Assembly: GCA_900544865.1 (NCBI GenBank)
Contig: UQXA01000006.1
Coordinates: 8,673 to 72,672 of the forward strand
Direction of reading: 5' to 3'
Length of the DNA stretch: 64,000 bases
Source: an uncultured Collinsella sp.
Lineage (GTDB): Bacteria > Actinomycetota > Coriobacteriia > Coriobacteriales > Coriobacteriaceae
Shown one piece after another: positions 20,531 through 32,396 of this stretch (position 1 is its first letter; the number at the start of each line of letters is the position of its first letter). The translations under genes and the position numbers were made by a program. The notes under the pieces are model-generated. The model worked only from the letters and a program-made list of their open reading frames with translations. It was not told where the DNA came from and ran no database searches.

Positions 20531-21745
20531 TTATGCGCTTGCCTCGGCCACGCTCTTCGAGGTTTCGGGCAAATCGGCTCCGTCCCCCGTCGCCCGCCCC
20601 TTCGCCGGCACCACGCCAAAGCAGTAGCTCAGCGCCGCAGACACCGCAAATGCCGTGCCGCCGGCAGCGCAGCACCACAGCAGGTTCGGGATGCCGCCCG
20701 TGGCAAAACCAATGACCATGAGGACATTCGTCATGCCGATGGTATAGGCCGTAACGTGGCCCACGGCCGCAACAAGACCTCCGACGGCGCCGCCAATGGC
20801 CATGCACGTCAGGCACCTGCCATATTTAAAGCCGCAACCGTACAGCGCCGGCTCGCTTACGCCGCCAAGAACACCCGAGATCGAATAGCCCAGCATGAGA
20901 GCCTTCTCGTCCTTATCCGCAACGCGGAGCGACGCGCCAAAAGGCATGCCCCAAACGGCGAACGTTGCCATCGTCGCGGCGATCAGGATGCACGAATCCG
21001 TTCCCACACTCATAAACTGCGCATAGGCGAGCGATAGGACGACGTTACTGACGCCCGCGATCTTAAGGAACTCCCAGCCCGCGGCAAGCCCCATGAGCGT
21101 GAGCAGCGACACGATGCCACCGGAATTGCCAAGCATAAACATAAGCTGGCCCAACAGCATGCCCAAATAGCTACCCGCCGGCGCCGTAATACACAGCGAA
21201 ACCGGAACCATGACGAGCATGGTCGCAAACGGAACGAACGAAAACGCCACGGCCTTAGGGATAACGCGCTGAAAGAAACACTCCACTCGCCATAGCACGG
21301 GCACCGAGATGAGAATCGGAATAACAGTCGTCGTGTAATCGTTGACCGGCGCGGGAAGCAGACCATACATGGAAGTCATCGATGCTCCCGTCGTCGATGC
21401 GGCATCGACAAGCTTGAGTAAATCGGGTGCAATCAATACGCCGCCCAGCATCATGCCCAGCTGCTCCGAGCAACCGAGCTGGCGGGCGGCCGCCCAACCA
21501 AGATAAATGGGCAAAAAGTAGTAGCCGGCGTTATAGAGCCAACTGTAGAACAGGCGATAGATATCGGAATCGGCAGACCACAGGCCCAGCATGCCTTCGC
21601 CCATAATGACGGCGACAGTGCGGAACAACGCCGCGCAGACAATAAACGGCAGCGCCGACATCATGCTTTTGGACAGATAGTCCACCACGGCCATGGCGTT
21701 TGATGAAACCGTCGTTGCAAACGTGGTGTTGGAAACTTGTGACAT
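20531..21745 (-). CDS. PTS EIIC-only permease (sucrose/beta-glucoside family-like)
   Basis: YFLPIYLG, GGVSEPALYG motifs; start MSQVSN after GAAAGG; no EIIB or EIIA domain seen. Confidence 0.78.
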   Translation of the reverse strand: MSQVSNTTFATTVSSNAMAVVDYLSKSMMSALPFIVCAALFRTVAVIMGEGMLGLWSADSDIYRLFYSWLYNAGYYFLPIYLGWAAARQLGCSEQLGMMLGGVLIAPDLLKLVDAASTTGASMTSMYGLLPAPVNDYTTTVIPILISVPVLWRVECFFQRVIPKAVAFSFVPFATMLVMVPVSLCITAPAGSYLGMLLGQLMFMLGNSGGIVSLLTLMGLAAGWEFLKIAGVSNVVLSLAYAQFMSVGTDSCILIAATMATFAVWGMPFGASLRVADKDEKALMLGYSISGVLGGVSEPALYGCGFKYGRCLTCMAIGGAVGGLVAAVGHVTAYTIGMTNVLMVIGFATGGIPNLLWCCAAGGTAFAVSAALSYCFGVVPAKGRATGDGADLPETSKSVAEASA

Positions 21746-21785
21746 GGAACACCTTTCCCAATGCGACATGCGGGCTGTCCCTTTG

Positions 21786-23496
21786 TCACATCGTGCGGTA
21801 CTGACCGATTGCGCGGTACTTTTCGTAGCGGAGGTTTGTGAGGGTCGCGTCGTCGAGCTGCCCAAGCGTATCGAAGGCATCAAATGCCGAAGACATGACG
21901 GCGCCGGCGATCTCCTCATGCGACAGCCCCCTATCGTCAACAATGCCGTCGATGATGCCGAGCGCCAACAAATCGGGGGCCGTGAGCTTAAGCGCCTCGG
22001 CGGCCTCATTCGCGCGCTCGGTATCCTTCCACAGGATCGACGCACAGGCCTCGGGGCTCACGACCGAATAGGCCGAGCTCGAGAGCATCAGAATACGGTC
22101 GGCCACGGACAGCGCCAGCGCGCCACCAGAGCCGCCTTCGCCCGTCACCACAGAAACGATCGGTGTCTTAAGACCGCTCATCTCCATGAGGTTCTGGGCA
22201 ATCGCCTCGCCCTGGCCGCGCTCCTCGGCACCGATGCCGCAAAACGCGCCCGAAGTATCGACCAGACACAGGACCGGTCGTCCAAACTTCTCGGCCTGGC
22301 GCATAAGGCGACGCGCTTTGCGGTAGCCCTCGGGATGTGCCATGCCAAAGTTGCGGCGCATACGCTCTTTGGTCGTGGTGCCGCGCTCGATGGCGATAAT
22401 CGTTACGGGACGTCCGTCTTTCCAGCCGATGCCGCCCACCACGGCAGCATCGTCGCCAAAGTAACGGTCACCGTGCAGCTCCACAAATCCATCCAGACCC
22501 AACGAGATCATCTCGCCCGCCGTGGCACGATCTGCCGAGCGGGTCTGCTTGACAATCTCGAGCGCGGTTTTTGGTGCCGGCGAGCGCTTAAACAAGTGTC
22601 CCAGCTTTTTGCCGCGGCGGCCCGTATGCACGATCTCATGCGGTGCCCCCAGGCCGGGCGCGTGCCCTTCGTGCAGTGCCAGCAGCTCGCCTACCGTGAG
22701 CGCAATCTCGCCACGTGGAACGACGGCATCGCAAAAGCCGTGCTCCAGCAAAAACTCGGAGCGCTGGAATCCCTTGGGCAGACGCTTGTGCATGTTCTGC
22801 TCAATCACGCGCGGGCCGGCAAATGCCGTCAGGGCATCGGGCTCGGCCAGGATAATGTCGCCCTCCATGGCAAAGCTCGCGGTTACGCCGCCAGTCGTGG
22901 GGTCGGTGAGCACCGTGATATACAGGCCGCCCGCCTCGCCGTGGCGCCTAACCGCCGCAGAGATCTTGGCCATCTGCATGAGCGAGGTCACGCCTTCCTG
23001 CATGCGCGCACCGCCCGAAACGGTAAAGCCAACGACCGGCAGCCCCAGCTCGGTCGCACGCTCAAATGTGCGACAGATCTTCTCGCCCACCACGGAACCC
23101 ATCGAGCCCATCATAAAGTTGGCATCCATAAAGAAGAGTGCCGTATCGCAACCGCATATTTTGCCCTTGCCGCACACAACGGCATCGCGCTCGCCCGAAC
23201 GCTCGGCCGCGCTCTTGAGCTTGCCGGCATAACCGGGAAACGAGAGGAAGTCCTCCGACGCCAGATTGGCATCCCATTCCTCAAACATACCCTCGTCGAC
23301 CGTCATGCGCATGCGCACGCGACCGCTCACGCGAAAGTGTTTGCCGCAACGAGGGCAGACCTCGAGGTTGTCGCGCAGACGCGCCTCATCGATCACACGG
23401 CGGCACTCCGGGCACTTGATAAACACGTGGCGCGCGGGAAACTCGGCGCACGACTCGGTCATCGGCCCCTCGAGGACGTTGACCGTCTTCGCTTTT

Positions 23497-23510
<14 letters not shown>
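21786..23510 (-). CDS. accDA: Fused acetyl-CoA carboxylase carboxyltransferase beta/alpha (AccD-AccA)
   Basis: N-terminal CPEC...CPRC zinc finger, GSMGSVVGEK, SGGARMQEG (AccD); C-terminal RNFGMAHPEGYRKA, GEGGSGGA (AccA). Confidence 0.92.
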
Positions 23511-24840
<1,330 letters not shown>

Positions 24841-24850
24841 GAAGCCTTCC

Positions 24851-25273
24851 TTAACTTTCGTGCATGAGTGCAAAAGACATATCGGCGCGGCAGCAAACCT
24901 CACCGTTGACGCTCGCAGTACCCGTCGCAAAGCGGAACGGCCCGCGCGCACGCGTGATGGAGCACACCAGATCCACCGTGTCGCCCGGGCGCACCGGACG
25001 CTTAAAGCGCACCTTGTCCAGACTCGTGTAGAACGGCGTCGCGCCGTGCGCTTCCTCATCGCCCATCAGCAGCACGCAGCAGTTCTGGGCGAGCATCTCG
25101 CACTGAATAACGCCGGGGACGACCGGGTTTCCCGGAAAATGCCCCTGCAAAAAGTACTCGTCGCCCGTAATCGTGATCTTGCCGTGGGCCTCGTCGCCCA
25201 CTAGCTCGGCTTCGTCGAGCAAAAGCATCGGCTCGCGATGCGGTAACAGCTTCTTGAGCTCTTCTTTGTTCAT
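24851..25273 (-). CDS. fabZ: 3-hydroxyacyl-ACP dehydratase
   Basis: LPHREPMLL, GHFPGNPVVPGV. Confidence 0.92.
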   Translation of the reverse strand: MNKEELKKLLPHREPMLLLDEAELVGDEAHGKITITGDEYFLQGHFPGNPVVPGVIQCEMLAQNCCVLLMGDEEAHGATPFYTSLDKVRFKRPVRPGDTVDLVCSITRARGPFRFATGTASVNGEVCCRADMSFALMHES

Positions 25274-25282
25274 GGATATCAC

Positions 25283-25756
25283 CTATCCGATCCTCATGAG
25301 GCAGCTGCCGAACTCCACGAGGTCGCCGTCGGCCACGCAGATCTCGAGCACCTCACCGTCTGCCTCAGCCGTCACCTCGTTGAGAACCTTCATGGCCTCG
25401 ATGATGCAGAGGGTCTCGCCGGCCTTGACCTTGGAGCCCACGTGCACAAACGGCTCGTCGCCCGGCGCCGGGGCAGCATAGAAAACGCCAACCATGGGAG
25501 CGGTCACCTCGGTGCCCTTGGGCTCCGGTGCGGCGGCAGGCGCCTGCGCGGTGGGCTCCGGTGCGGCAGGCGCGACTGTGGGAGCTGCAACTGGAGCGGC
25601 CATAGCGCTCGGCATGGGCATGGGCACGGCAACCGGCTGTGCGGCGCTCGCGCGCTCGAGTTCGACCGCGGTGCCATCGGGCTCCTCAACGCGCACGCGC
25701 GTGAGGCCGCGGTCCTCCATAACATCGGCTATCTCGGCAAGTCTTTTGGAATCCAT
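25283..25756 (-). CDS. accB: Biotin carboxyl carrier protein
   Basis: EAMKV biotinylation motif, Ala/Pro linker. Confidence 0.95.
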   Translation of the reverse strand: MDSKRLAEIADVMEDRGLTRVRVEEPDGTAVELERASAAQPVAVPMPMPSAMAAPVAAPTVAPAAPEPTAQAPAAAPEPKGTEVTAPMVGVFYAAPAPGDEPFVHVGSKVKAGETLCIIEAMKVLNEVTAEADGEVLEICVADGDLVEFGSCLMRIG

Positions 25757-25759
25757 GCT

Positions 25760-27010
25760 CTAGCTCCTCGTATATCTACGCAGCGCGATGGCGGCGTTGT
25801 GTCCGCCAAAGCCCAGGTTGGTCGAAAGCGCCCAGGTAAGGTCGGCGCGAACCGCGCGATTGGGCGTGTAGTCAAGATCGCAGGCGGGATCGGGCGTGTG
25901 GTAGTTAATGGTCGGCGGCACCACGCCCTGCTCGAGCGCCATGGCGCAGGCCATGACCTCGATGGCGCCCGTGGCACCGATCATGTGGCCGGTCATCGAC
26001 TTAGTCGACGAGACGTGCGCGGCGCGCGCCGCGTCCTCGCCGAGCGCACGCTTAATGCCCGCCGTCTCGGACGAATCGTTGAGCTTGGTAGATGTGCCGT
26101 GGGCATTGATGTAGAGACCCTCGGAAGGCTTGACGTCGCCCTCGGTCACCGCCAGCGATATCGCGCGGGCAATGCCGGCAGCCTCGGGATCAGGGCTCGT
26201 GATGTGATAGGCATCATCGGTGTTGCCGTAGCCCACGACCTCGGCATAAATGTGCGCACCGCGCGCCTGCGCATGTTCCATGCTCTCGAGCACGAGCACG
26301 CAGGCGCCCTCGCCCATCACAAAGCCGTCGCGGTCTGCATCGAACGGACGGCAGGCCGTCGCGGGATCGGGGTTGGTGGTCAATGCGCGGCAGGACGTAA
26401 AGCCCGCAACGGCATCGGGGATAATGGCCGCCTCGGCGCCGCCCGCGAGGATCGCGTCGGCATAGCCGTGCTTGATGGCGCGGAACGCCTCGCCCACCGC
26501 ATGGGCCGAGGTTGCGCACGCGGTCACCACGGGCAGGGTCGGGCCCTTTGCCTTGTGGCGGATTGCGATATTGCCCGATGCCATGTTGGGGATCATCATC
26601 GCGATCATATAGGGCGATGCGCGGCGGGGCCCACGTTCGGCAATCGTATGGACGTTGTCGACGAGCGTCGTCATGCCGCCCACGCCCGAGCCCACGTAGA
26701 CGCCCAGGCGCTCGCGATCGATGGCGCCTTCGACATCAAAGCCCGCATCGTGCATGGCTTCGTCCGAAGCCGCCATCGCAAACTGAACGCAGGGGTCGAG
26801 ATGCTTGGCGTCACGCTTGCCAAAGTACTCGTTGCCGTCAAAGCCCTTGACCTCGGCTGCCACCTTGACGGCAAACGCATCGGTATCGAAGTGCGTGATC
26901 GGGCCGATGCCGCACGTGCCGGCGCACATGGCCGCCCAGGTGGCAAGCGCGGTGTTGCCGAGCGGCGACACGGCACCGATACCGGTGATTGCAACTCTCT
27001 GTTCCATCAT
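25760..27010 (-). CDS. fabF: Beta-ketoacyl-ACP synthase II
   Basis: TACATSA, NAHGTST, KSMTGH, GFGGHN. Confidence 0.95.
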   Translation of the reverse strand: MMEQRVAITGIGAVSPLGNTALATWAAMCAGTCGIGPITHFDTDAFAVKVAAEVKGFDGNEYFGKRDAKHLDPCVQFAMAASDEAMHDAGFDVEGAIDRERLGVYVGSGVGGMTTLVDNVHTIAERGPRRASPYMIAMMIPNMASGNIAIRHKAKGPTLPVVTACATSAHAVGEAFRAIKHGYADAILAGGAEAAIIPDAVAGFTSCRALTTNPDPATACRPFDADRDGFVMGEGACVLVLESMEHAQARGAHIYAEVVGYGNTDDAYHITSPDPEAAGIARAISLAVTEGDVKPSEGLYINAHGTSTKLNDSSETAGIKRALGEDAARAAHVSSTKSMTGHMIGATGAIEVMACAMALEQGVVPPTINYHTPDPACDLDYTPNRAVRADLTWALSTNLGFGGHNAAIALRRYTRS

Positions 27011-27046
27011 GGTCTCCTCATCCAAGCCGTTCTTCGGCCCTGGTTT

Positions 27047-27820
27047 CTACATCGCCATTCCGCCGTCGACGCGCACGACCTCACCCGTAATGTAGGCAGC
27101 CGCATCACTCGCCAGAAAGCGCACTACGCCGGCCACCTCCTCGGGGCGCGCCATACGCTTAAGGGGAATCTGCTCCTCGGTTACCGTACGCACCTTCTCC
27201 GAGAGCTTTGCCGTCATATCCGTCTCGACAAACCCGGGGGCAACCGCGTTCACTCGTACGCCGCGGGGCGCAAGCTCGCGCGCCACCGCCTTGGTCAGGC
27301 CGATCACGCCCGCCTTGGAGGCAGCGTAGTTGGCTTGCCCGGCATTGCCCATCAGGCCCACGACCGAGCTCATGTTGACGACGCAGCCGCCGCGCTGGCG
27401 CATAAAGGTCTTGGTGAGCGCGCGCGTCGTGTTAAACGTTCCTTTAAGATTGACATCGAGCACGCGATCGAAGGCGTCATCGCCCATGCGCATGAGCAGG
27501 CCATCGCGGGTGATGCCAGCGTTGTTGACGAGCGCCCAAATGGAGCCAAAGTCGTTGAGGACCGCTTCCACGCACGCGTTGACGGCAGCGGGGTCGGCCA
27601 CGTCGCATTGATATGAGCGCGCCGTGGCGCCAGCCGCCTCGCAGGCGTCGCACGTCTCGCGCGCCGCATCGACGCTGCCGGCATAGACGACGGCGATATC
27701 GTAGCCATCCTCCGCCAGACCGATAGCGCAGGCGCGGCCGATACCCCGCGAGCCGCCCGTGACCAGTGCCACGCGACGTGAGTCGTTGCGCTCGAGCGCG
27801 CCATTGTTCAAGTTGCCCAT
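27047..27820 (-). CDS. fabG: 3-oxoacyl-ACP reductase
   Basis: TGGSRGIG, NNAGITRD, NYAASK. Confidence 0.95.
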   Translation of the reverse strand: MGNLNNGALERNDSRRVALVTGGSRGIGRACAIGLAEDGYDIAVVYAGSVDAARETCDACEAAGATARSYQCDVADPAAVNACVEAVLNDFGSIWALVNNAGITRDGLLMRMGDDAFDRVLDVNLKGTFNTTRALTKTFMRQRGGCVVNMSSVVGLMGNAGQANYAASKAGVIGLTKAVARELAPRGVRVNAVAPGFVETDMTAKLSEKVRTVTEEQIPLKRMARPEEVAGVVRFLASDAAAYITGEVVRVDGGMAM

Positions 27821-27850
27821 GTCATTCCTTTCGGGTTACAGCCCTGTGGA

Positions 27851-28777
27851 CTATGCGAGCTCGTCGGCAATAGCTGCGACCTGCTCGGCCGTCTCGCACG
27901 AATACACACGAACGTCGCTCAGCGTACGCTTGACCAGGCCGGACAGCGTTTTGCCGGGGCCGACCTCAATAAATGTGTCGATGCCTTGATCCTGCAGAGC
28001 ATGCAGCGTATCGACCCAGCGTACGGCATGGCTCACCTGATTGGCCAAGACATCCGATGCCGTCTGGGGATCCGCCGGATAGGGCGCCGCTGTCATATTT
28101 GCCAAAACAGGAATGAGCAACGGGGACGGCGCGTGACCGGCCTCAATATATGCGGCAAGGCCACAGGTCGCCTCGGCCATATAGGGGCTATGAAATGCAC
28201 CCGACACCGCGACCTTCATGGCGCGGCCGCCAGCCTCTTTTACTAGGACGTCGAGCTCCTGCAGCGCCTCGGGCGCTCCGGCCACAACCGTCTGCTGTGG
28301 GCTGTTGTAGTTGACTGGCCAGCAGTCCTCGCCGGCCTGTTTTGCCAGGCCCTCGACTTGCGCCGCATCGAGCTTGATGACGGCGCGCATGCCGCCCGGA
28401 TGGCGCTCGGCAGCCGCGGCCATCAGCGCCGCGCGCTCGCACACGAGCTCAAAGCCCGCTCGCGTATCGAACGCCCCCGCAAAGGTGAGCGCGGCGACCT
28501 CGCCCAGCGAGAATCCCGCACAGGCGGCAGGTACCACGCCGCGCTCACGCAGGGCGGCAGCCGCTGCCAGGTCGTGAACGAACACGCACGGCTGCGTGTT
28601 CTCGGTCTGCGAGAGCTCCTCCTTGGAGGCACTCCGGCATTGCTCGCTGGTCCCCGGGCGCACCTCGTCGGCAATGGCGAACACCTCGGCGGCCGCCGGC
28701 GATGTCTCGATCAAGTCGACGCCCATCGCGGGGTGCTGGGCACCCTGGCCGGCAAACAAAAACGCTACGCCACCCAT
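27851..28777 (-). CDS. fabD: Malonyl-CoA:ACP transacylase
   Basis: FAGQGAQ, GFSLGE, SGAFHS. Confidence 0.94.
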   Translation of the reverse strand: MGGVAFLFAGQGAQHPAMGVDLIETSPAAAEVFAIADEVRPGTSEQCRSASKEELSQTENTQPCVFVHDLAAAAALRERGVVPAACAGFSLGEVAALTFAGAFDTRAGFELVCERAALMAAAAERHPGGMRAVIKLDAAQVEGLAKQAGEDCWPVNYNSPQQTVVAGAPEALQELDVLVKEAGGRAMKVAVSGAFHSPYMAEATCGLAAYIEAGHAPSPLLIPVLANMTAAPYPADPQTASDVLANQVSHAVRWVDTLHALQDQGIDTFIEVGPGKTLSGLVKRTLSDVRVYSCETAEQVAAIADELA

Positions 28778-29709
28778 GCGCACGCACCCTTCAGGACGTG
28801 CTCGGCGCCATCGACTAGGTCGTCAACGATTTCGCGTGCGCTCTGGCGCTCGTTGACCATGCCGGCAATCTGTCCACACAAAAACGAACCCTCTTCGTAG
28901 TTGCCGTCCTTGGCGGCCTTACGCAGCGCACCGGTTCCCATAGCACCGAGCTCCTCGGCACTCGCGCCGGAACCCTCGCTCTTGGCATAGGCGTTGGTGA
29001 AGGGGCTCTTGAGGGCGCGCACTGGATGTCCCGTCGAGCGACCGGTCGCACGCGTCGAAGTGTCGTTGGCCTTCAGGACCATCTCTTTGTACTGCTCCGC
29101 GACGGTGCACTCGTCTGCGACCAGAAAGCGCGTACCCACTTGCACGCCTTCGGCGCCCAGCATAAAGGCGGCCGCCACGCCGCGGCCGTCGGCAATACCA
29201 CCGGCGGCCACGATGGGAATGTCAACCGCATCGACGACCTGCGGCACCAGTGCCATCGTCGAGGTCTCGCCAATATGGCCGCCCGATTCGGTACCCTCGG
29301 CAACAACCGCCGTGGCTCCACGACGTGCCACGAGGCGCGCCAGCGCCACCGAGGCAACGACCGGGATGACCTTGATGCCCGCCTCGTTCCACGCCTTCAT
29401 GTACTTGGCGGGATTGCCGGCGCCCGTCACGACGACCGGCACTCGCTCGTCAATCACGACCTGTGCAACCTCGTCGGCAAACGGGCTCATGAGCATGACG
29501 TTCACGCCAAAGGGCTTATCCGTCTTGGCGCGCAGCTCATGAATCTGGTCGCGAAGCCAGTTGGCGTCGGCGTTCATGGCCGCGATGATGCCTAAGCCAC
29601 CCGCCTCGGACACTGCGGACGCCAGCGAGGCATCGGCAATCCAGGCCATACCGCCCTGGAACACGGGCTTTTCGATGCCGAGCAGATCGCAGAGAGGAGT
29701 CTTGAGCAT
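28765..29709 (-). CDS. fabK: Enoyl-ACP reductase FabK
   Basis: QGGMAWIA, ESGGHIG, AAGGIADGRG; fab operon context. Confidence 0.92.
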   Translation of the reverse strand: MLKTPLCDLLGIEKPVFQGGMAWIADASLASAVSEAGGLGIIAAMNADANWLRDQIHELRAKTDKPFGVNVMLMSPFADEVAQVVIDERVPVVVTGAGNPAKYMKAWNEAGIKVIPVVASVALARLVARRGATAVVAEGTESGGHIGETSTMALVPQVVDAVDIPIVAAGGIADGRGVAAAFMLGAEGVQVGTRFLVADECTVAEQYKEMVLKANDTSTRATGRSTGHPVRALKSPFTNAYAKSEGSGASAEELGAMGTGALRKAAKDGNYEEGSFLCGQIAGMVNERQSAREIVDDLVDGAEHVLKGACAWVA

Positions 29710-29711
29710 CT

Positions 29712-29948
29712 CTACTTCTCCAATGCCGCCTCGACCGTATCGGCGAACTCGCCGACCGTCTTGGGGTTCTCCTCGGTATCGAGCTGGATGCCAAACTCGT
29801 CCTCGACGGCAACGAGGATCTCGACGGTGCCCAGGCTGTCGAGACCAATCTCCTCGAGCGTGGACTCGGGCTTCATCTCGACATCGTCAAGACCGGCGGT
29901 CTCGCGGATAACGTCGCAAACGCGCTCGAAGGTCTTCTGATCTGCCAT
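29712..29948 (-). CDS. acpP: Acyl carrier protein
   Basis: GLDSL phosphopantetheine motif, acidic 78 aa. Confidence 0.93.
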   Translation of the reverse strand: MADQKTFERVCDVIRETAGLDDVEMKPESTLEEIGLDSLGTVEILVAVEDEFGIQLDTEENPKTVGEFADTVEAALEK

Positions 29949-29999
29949 GGTAGTTCTCCTTTGGTTGTGCCCTAGGGCGTTTTTATTTCCTATGTGCGA

Positions 30000-30959
30000 C
30001 TACTTCCAACGAAGCAGATAGCCACCTATATCCAGACCGGCGCCAAATCCAACCAAGGCGATGGTGTCGCCTGTGTGAAGTGCACCGGCGTTTGCCAGCC
30101 GGTCGAGGGCAAGCGGAATGCATGCGCTCGAAATGTTGCCGGTCTCGCGCAACGTGCGAACCACGCGCTCGTCCGGCACGCCCAGGCGCTTGACCGCCTG
30201 GCTCAGGATTCGTTCGTTAGCCTGATGGAATACAAAATGATCGATGTCTTCGACCAAAATGCCCGCATCGATCGCAAGCTTATGGACCGTGTCGCAGATG
30301 GCGTTGACGCCGAACTTGAACACGCGGCGGCCATTCATGGACAGCACACTCGCGCTATCTGCGGAGGCCTTAAACGGCGACGTACCGACCAGACCGGGAA
30401 CGCGCAACGTCTCGACGTCGGGCGCCGTCGAAAGCTCAACGGCAAGGGGGTTGTCTCCCCCAGCTTCAATCACTGCGGCGCCTGCCCCATCGCCAAATAG
30501 CACGCAGGTGGCACGGTCGGTCCACTCGAGCGCGCGCGTCATCTGCTCGGCAGCAACAACAAGCACGCGCTCGGCACGGCTGCGGGCGATATAGCCCTCG
30601 GCGACATCGAGCGCAAATACGAAGCCGGCACAAGCCGCCGAGACATCGAAGGCAGGGCACGTCGCGCCTAGTCGCACAGCAACGGCACACGCCTCAGCGG
30701 GAACAAGGTGGTCACCCGTCGTCGTCGAGCAGACGATCAGATCCAGCTGGCTCGCGTCGATCCCGGACACCTGGAGTGCCCGCTCGCTCGCCGCTACGGC
30801 AAGGTCGTCAAGTGACTCGGTGGTGCAGACGTGGCGGCTCTTGATACCGGTGCGGGTAAAAATCCACTCATCCGAGGTATCGAGGAACTCAGACAGCTCG
30901 TCATTGGAAACACTGCGTTCAGGAAGCGCCGAGCCTGTTCCAAGAATCGTGAAACCCAT
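30000..30959 (-). CDS. fabH: Beta-ketoacyl-ACP synthase III
   Basis: AACAGF, HQAN, GNISSA triad; start after GGAGG. Confidence 0.94.
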   Translation of the reverse strand: MGFTILGTGSALPERSVSNDELSEFLDTSDEWIFTRTGIKSRHVCTTESLDDLAVAASERALQVSGIDASQLDLIVCSTTTGDHLVPAEACAVAVRLGATCPAFDVSAACAGFVFALDVAEGYIARSRAERVLVVAAEQMTRALEWTDRATCVLFGDGAGAAVIEAGGDNPLAVELSTAPDVETLRVPGLVGTSPFKASADSASVLSMNGRRVFKFGVNAICDTVHKLAIDAGILVEDIDHFVFHQANERILSQAVKRLGVPDERVVRTLRETGNISSACIPLALDRLANAGALHTGDTIALVGFGAGLDIGGYLLRWK

Positions 30960-30975
30960 CACTAACCTCCTTTGA

Positions 30976-31041
30976 GTTGTTGACGTGTTTACGTCGACCA
31001 AGAGAGGATAGCGCATTTTTGTCGTTGTTGACGTGTTAACA
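30976..31041. promoter_or_regulatory. Two near-palindromic candidate operators in the fabH/birA divergent region
   Basis: TGTTGACGTGTTTACG (30978-30993) and TGTTGACGTGTTAACA (31026-31041). Confidence 0.55.
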
Positions 31042-31135
31042 TTAAATTGTCCAAATGCGACAAAGGCTTCACATTGTGTCTATCTCTCGACACCATTGCG
31101 CCATTCACTTATTCAATAAGGAGGTAGCAGCCGCT

Positions 31136-31912
31136 ATGGATGCCCAATTAACGATTGTCGACGTAACCGGATCGACCAACGATGACCTGCTCGAAGCAGG
31201 AAAACAGGGAGCGCCGCACGGCACAGGACTTGCCGCCCGCGCGCAAACGGCAGGACGCGGCCGACGCGGCCACAAGTGGGATTCAACCGCCGGCAACCTA
31301 TTGCTTTCGATTGTCCTGCGTCCATGCGTTAATCCTGCAAAGTACTCTGGTCTTGCCGCCGTCAGCGGCCTAGCAGTGCTCGCGGCGCTCGAAAAGCAAG
31401 GCCTCGCAAGCGAAATAGACCTCAAATGGCCCAACGACCTGGTCGCGCGAGGGCGCAAGCTCGGCGGCATTCTGGTCGAGGCCGCACGCGATAACGAAGG
31501 CAACCCCTTTGCGGTCTGTGGCATCGGCGTCAACGTGAACTATGTGCCCTCGGAGGTTCCCGGTGGCGGCCTGCCCGCAATCGGCCTGTCAGACCTCAAC
31601 GAGAACGTTCCCGCCGTCGACATGCTCCTCGATGAGGTCTATCACGCAGTTATAGACGCTGTAGATGCCTGGGGAGAGCGTCTCAACACCAAGGAAGAAA
31701 ACACCGGACCGCTCGCGCCCGTCCACGGCGAATATGTCGCTCACCTCAATTGGATTGGGGAGCACGTTATCGCCCGCTCCCCCGCTGGAGACGAGCTGGC
31801 ACGCGGCATCTTTAAAACGGTCGATGCCTTTGGTCGCGCGTGCATCGAAACGGAAGATGACTTGCGATTCTTCCATTTTGAGGAGGCATCGCTGCGCCCC
31901 TTGAGCGAATAG
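31136..31912 (+). CDS. birA: Biotin-protein ligase (no N-terminal HTH)
   Basis: TGSTN, QTAGRGRRG, KWPND, KLGGIL; start after AAGGAGG. Confidence 0.93.
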   Translation: MDAQLTIVDVTGSTNDDLLEAGKQGAPHGTGLAARAQTAGRGRRGHKWDSTAGNLLLSIVLRPCVNPAKYSGLAAVSGLAVLAALEKQGLASEIDLKWPNDLVARGRKLGGILVEAARDNEGNPFAVCGIGVNVNYVPSEVPGGGLPAIGLSDLNENVPAVDMLLDEVYHAVIDAVDAWGERLNTKEENTGPLAPVHGEYVAHLNWIGEHVIARSPAGDELARGIFKTVDAFGRACIETEDDLRFFHFEEASLRPLSE

Positions 31913-31970
31913 GGCGCCGCAGCCACCTACTTGACGGCATTGCCCGACAGTCCATACCACCATTCAAAAC

Positions 31971-32008
31971 AAAAGGGCCCCGCTACCGTAACGGCAGCGG
32001 GGCCCTTT
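31971..32008. terminator. Bidirectional terminator birA/rpsJ
   Basis: AAAGGGCCCCGCT...AGCGGGGCCCTTT. Confidence 0.8.
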
Positions 32009-32027
32009 AAGCTATGAGCGATATCGC

Positions 32028-32336
32028 TTAGAGCTTGATGTCGATGTCGACGCCAGCGGGGAGGTCGAGACGCATGAGCGAATCAACAGTGCCCGAGGTG
32101 GGGTCGAGGATGTCGATGAGGCGCTTGTGAGTGCGCATCTCGAACTGCTCACGGGAGTCCTTGTTCACGTGCGGCGAGCGGATAACCGTGTACAGGTTGC
32201 GCTCGGTGGGCAGGGGGACAGGACCGGAGACGCGAGCGCCGGTCTTCTGAGCGGTCTCGACGATGAGCTTCGCGGACTGATCGACGACCTCGTGATCATA
32301 GCCCTTGAGGCGAATGCGGATCTTCTGGGTAGCCAA
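32028..32336 (-). CDS. rpsJ: 30S ribosomal protein S10
   Basis: [27 protein letters not shown] start. Confidence 0.98.
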   Translation of the reverse strand: MATQKIRIRLKGYDHEVVDQSAKLIVETAQKTGARVSGPVPLPTERNLYTVIRSPHVNKDSREQFEMRTHKRLIDILDPTSGTVDSLMRLDLPAGVDIDIKL

Positions 32337-32396
32337 CTTAAACCTCCAAAGAGTGCGAGAGATGTTCTCGCGGATTACGTAACAGGGAGCTCGAAC

